In this document: positions 61,031 through 64,000 of the stretch, piece by piece
Layout of the letters: the number at the start of each line of letters is the position of its first letter
Numbering within the stretch: the stretch's first letter is position 1
Source of the DNA: Nitrosopumilus sp.
GTDB taxonomy: Archaea; Thermoproteota; Nitrososphaeria; Nitrososphaerales; Nitrosopumilaceae
Reading direction: 5' to 3'
DNA: 64,000 nt
Assembly (NCBI GenBank): GCA_965203315.1
Contig: OZ241857.1
Location: 896,001 to 960,000, forward strand
Program-made: the position numbers and the translations under genes
The notes under the pieces: generated by a model
Databases searched by the model: none
What the model was told of the DNA's origin: nothing
The model's input: the letters and a program-made list of their open reading frames with translations, nothing else

Positions 61031-61824
61031 TCTGTTATCACGTTAATCTTTCCTGGACTATATCCGGTTTGGTCTATCTCTGCTGATCGGAAACCGATTG
61101 TAGCTAGCTTGTCGTATAGTATCGAGACTTGAGCAAGATCTAGATCATCGATCATCTCTGGTTCGATCTCTATCTTTGCGTGACCCGCCATGTCTCGTAC
61201 ACGAACCTGTCGTGAACCAAGTAGTTGTTTTACCATCTGTTCACCAACCTCGACTCTTGCTAGTCTTGCAGCAGTGACACGTTGACCCCAAGGAATTCTA
61301 GATGCGAGACAAGAGTTTGACGGACGGTCATATACCGAGAGTCCAGCTCTTTTTGCACACTCGCGTACATCATACTTGGACATCTCTAGTTCTACTAGAG
61401 GACTCGATACTCCTCTTGCACGAAGAGCCGATATTCCAGGTCGATAGTCTCCTAGATCATCGATGTTTGTTCCATCTACAATAGTGGCAATGTTGTACTC
61501 TGCAGCAAGTTTGACTAGATGATCACCTAGTTCTGTTCTGCAATGATAGCAACGCTCTTGGTCATTTTTGACAAACGCTTCATTCTCTAGTTCGTTGTAT
61601 TGTATTATTACATGAGGTATACCAATCTCTGCTGCGACATGCTTTGCAGATCCAAGTTCGTCAGCAGAGAGGGTCTTATAGTCAGCAGTCACTGCCATTG
61701 CAGCATCGCCCAGTTTGGTATATGCAGCATATGCAACAAGACTGCTATCTACACCACCAGATAACGAGACCATTACATTTGATCTAGAATCAAACCATGC
61801 CACCAGTTGTTCAAGTTTGGTCAA
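61027..61824 (-). CDS. larE: ATP-dependent sulfur transferase LarE
   Basis: PP-loop SGGVDS, RCYHC, DYRPG, SCLASR; probable TTG start at 61824 overlapping the larC end. Confidence 0.9.
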   Translation of the reverse strand: MTKLEQLVAWFDSRSNVMVSLSGGVDSSLVAYAAYTKLGDAAMAVTADYKTLSADELGSAKHVAAEIGIPHVIIQYNELENEAFVKNDQERCYHCRTELGDHLVKLAAEYNIATIVDGTNIDDLGDYRPGISALRARGVSSPLVELEMSKYDVRECAKRAGLSVYDRPSNSCLASRIPWGQRVTAARLARVEVGEQMVKQLLGSRQVRVRDMAGHAKIEIEPEMIDDLDLAQVSILYDKLATIGFRSAEIDQTGYSPGKINVITD

Positions 61825-63010
61825 GTGTCTCGATCTCCTTTCTGATTTGATACTCTGTATCTTTAATAGATTTAGCAAGTTTGGTGGATATGTCTAGTAG
61901 ATCGTCAAACTCGATCTTGAACGTCTCTCTTCCATTAAAAGACGATCTCTTGTATCTAACAGTAAATCTTTGATCACATATGACTATCTCGGCGGTATGA
62001 TTCGTTCTGGGTACCACAACTCGATCAACATGCGATACTCGTACTCCTAATGTACCGGTCTCAGATACCAGAGTGTCCACAAGAGTATCAGAGAGATGAT
62101 GATCACAGATTACTGATATCAGTATAGTTGGTCTAGACTTTTTTGTGATACCACTATACATAGAGACGTCGCGTGCACCATCTTTTAAGAGTCGATCAAC
62201 TAGACTACCTAGAATCTCACTCGATACATCATCTACGTTGGTCTCGAGAATAGATATACTATCAGAGCTGTGATTGGTGCCACGAACCATCTTGAGAACA
62301 TTTGCAAAGGTTTTGTGATCTCGCTGTCCAGCACCATACCCAATAGACGTAACTTGGAGTTGAGGATAGAACTGGATCGGTCTTGCAATACAAGAGAGTA
62401 TTGCAGCTCCAGTTGGTGTTGCAAGCTCGTCAGAGACACTAGCTCCATGTATGTACATTCCAGTATCTTTAAAGATCTCTAGTACAGCACTAGATGGATT
62501 GGACATTGTACCGTGTGAGAAATTAAATGTTCCACCACCTACACATACAGGCATACATAGTATATCATCATCAAACAGATCTAGATCATCTAGAGCTATT
62601 GCTGTTCCAACTATATCGATCAATGTATCGATGCTTGCCGTCTCGTGTAGATGTACTTTATCTGCATCGATACCGTGAACTGTGGCTTCTGCAGATATCA
62701 AGGTATCTATACAAGATCGTGTAAATGATTTAGCCTTTGATGAGAGATGTAGTGAATCAGCTGCATCGAGAATCGATTTTCGTATATCAGTAACGCTGTA
62801 CATGTCAGACTCTATCTCTAGATTAAGACTAGTAGATCTTATTCCATTCTTTATAGTATCTACAAAGGAGATGTGTTTGAGTGATGACTCGACATTGCAT
62901 GATCTTATTCCAGATATGATCTTTTCTCGATCAGCACCTAGATCTACCAAACATGATAAAATCATATCACCGGAGACTCCTGCCACTTGAGGATCTATTA
63001 CCAGCACCAT
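61811..63010 (-). CDS. larC: nickel pincer cofactor biosynthesis protein LarC
   Basis: GVSGDM, AEA.VHG..VHLHE, TPTGAA, LETNVDD, ETGTLGVR. Confidence 0.93.
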   Translation of the reverse strand: MVLVIDPQVAGVSGDMILSCLVDLGADREKIISGIRSCNVESSLKHISFVDTIKNGIRSTSLNLEIESDMYSVTDIRKSILDAADSLHLSSKAKSFTRSCIDTLISAEATVHGIDADKVHLHETASIDTLIDIVGTAIALDDLDLFDDDILCMPVCVGGGTFNFSHGTMSNPSSAVLEIFKDTGMYIHGASVSDELATPTGAAILSCIARPIQFYPQLQVTSIGYGAGQRDHKTFANVLKMVRGTNHSSDSISILETNVDDVSSEILGSLVDRLLKDGARDVSMYSGITKKSRPTILISVICDHHLSDTLVDTLVSETGTLGVRVSHVDRVVVPRTNHTAEIVICDQRFTVRYKRSSFNGRETFKIEFDDLLDISTKLAKSIKDTEYQIRKEIETLDQT

Positions 63011-63232
63011 TGTCTAACAAGATAACAAAATAAATATAAATTCGTCTGATTGATTTGAGTATTGGTCCTGTTTTTTATATTCTAACTCGGCAACACTCTT
63101 TGAATTTTGAGAAGTTGTCTTTGACAGTATTTAGTCTCGGCATAGATATCTAAATTCGATAACTTTGATTTACTATATCCATCTGCAATCTTGAGATACA
63201 AGCGAATTTTTCTAATCGTCAACGATAATTAG

Positions 63233-63720
63233 TTAGGTGGACAATCGTGGGAACAGAGTTGTAGTGCCCTTTAAAGAATCTGAGTCTAAAAAGAGTTCTG
63301 ACTCATGATGCACTGCTGCTTCTATAATTAAATTCTTAAAATCAAGATCGTTTTCAATTATACCATATATGGTATCAGTTGCGTATTTGTCGTCATCGTG
63401 ATCATGTATAACAGCCATGTTCATGTAAGTGGAAGCCGAGTTGTTTTCATAATACGCATATTTTATAATACCAACATCTTGAAATGCTTTTACAATTGCG
63501 TTCTCTACTAGTTCAGAGAACTTTTTACTGACTAGCTTTTGATTAGCTTGCATATTCTCCGTCACTATACCTCTAATGTCAGACATTAGATAATTCATGA
63601 TGGATTTTATCTCTTCCTTGTCTGCGTTGTGTATATAGTATTTTAGTACCTTGACTATGCTCTTCTCTATCTGCTTTAACGTCTTGTTTAACGCTTGCTA
63701 GTTTACTTTGGCTTTTTCAT
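63233..63720 (-). pseudogene. degraded paralog of the 47875-48375 gene
   Basis: Homology extends to ATG 63720, but the 5' part has a 13-nt deletion and CAG changed to TAG; an in-frame ATG at 63598 remains. Confidence 0.8.
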
Positions 63721-64000
63721 TATGTCTTGTTTGATCTTATGGTATATGGTACCGGTATGGTATATGGTATAGCACATGATATTAGCATAATGGTAATGTT
63801 TGTCATCCCAATAGGCGTTAGTCAATAAATCAGATCCCAAACCCACAGGATATCATACTTTCCATTCGTAAAGTACTTGTCAGAGATCTAGTATTTCAAA
63901 ATGAACATCTAGTATCAAAGTAAAATGATGTCTAGTATCTCGGAATGATTCCAAGTCTAGATCTTGCAGACACTATAATCATCGAGATGATTGCAACAGC

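Noticed and set aside
4046-62990. Many long antisense ORFs (e.g. 4046-4525, 8074-8625, 14013-14591, 56417-57211)
   Set aside because: Shadow frames of well-supported genes, with no independent motifs

Overview
Chromosomal segment of an ammonia-oxidising archaeon (Nitrososphaerota/Thaumarchaeota, Nitrosopumilaceae-like). This is indicated by an unsplit RpoA, three PEFG-CTERM surface proteins and an intron-containing tRNA. The backbone is core information-processing and housekeeping genes: aIF5B, ndk, ribosomal proteins, secE-spt5-rpl11, alaS, leuS, rpoH-rpoB-rpoA, nusA-rps12-rps7, purU, rpiA, pckA and larC-larE-iscS, plus three tRNAs. Small accessory cassettes and transposon debris interrupt it: an intact ISL2-type IS5 element, an internally deleted IS1595, two MITE families (6 and 3 copies), a decayed hicBA pair, an AAA_14 ATPase and orphan genes. 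The most unusual signals are four. (1) Spt5 carries an in-frame insertion of about 227 aa of helical repeats inside its NGN domain. (2) Two independent scars at the 3' ends of tRNA-Gln/rps7 and rpoH each consist of a 36-37 bp duplication around a 34-38 bp unique insert, dimensions typical of a CRISPR repeat-spacer-repeat. (3) A DprA + PRTase (ShosTA-like) pair occurs in an archaeon. (4) MITE copies bracket orphan cassettes, one of which is duplicated. All calls are by eye from the sequence; no database searches were run.
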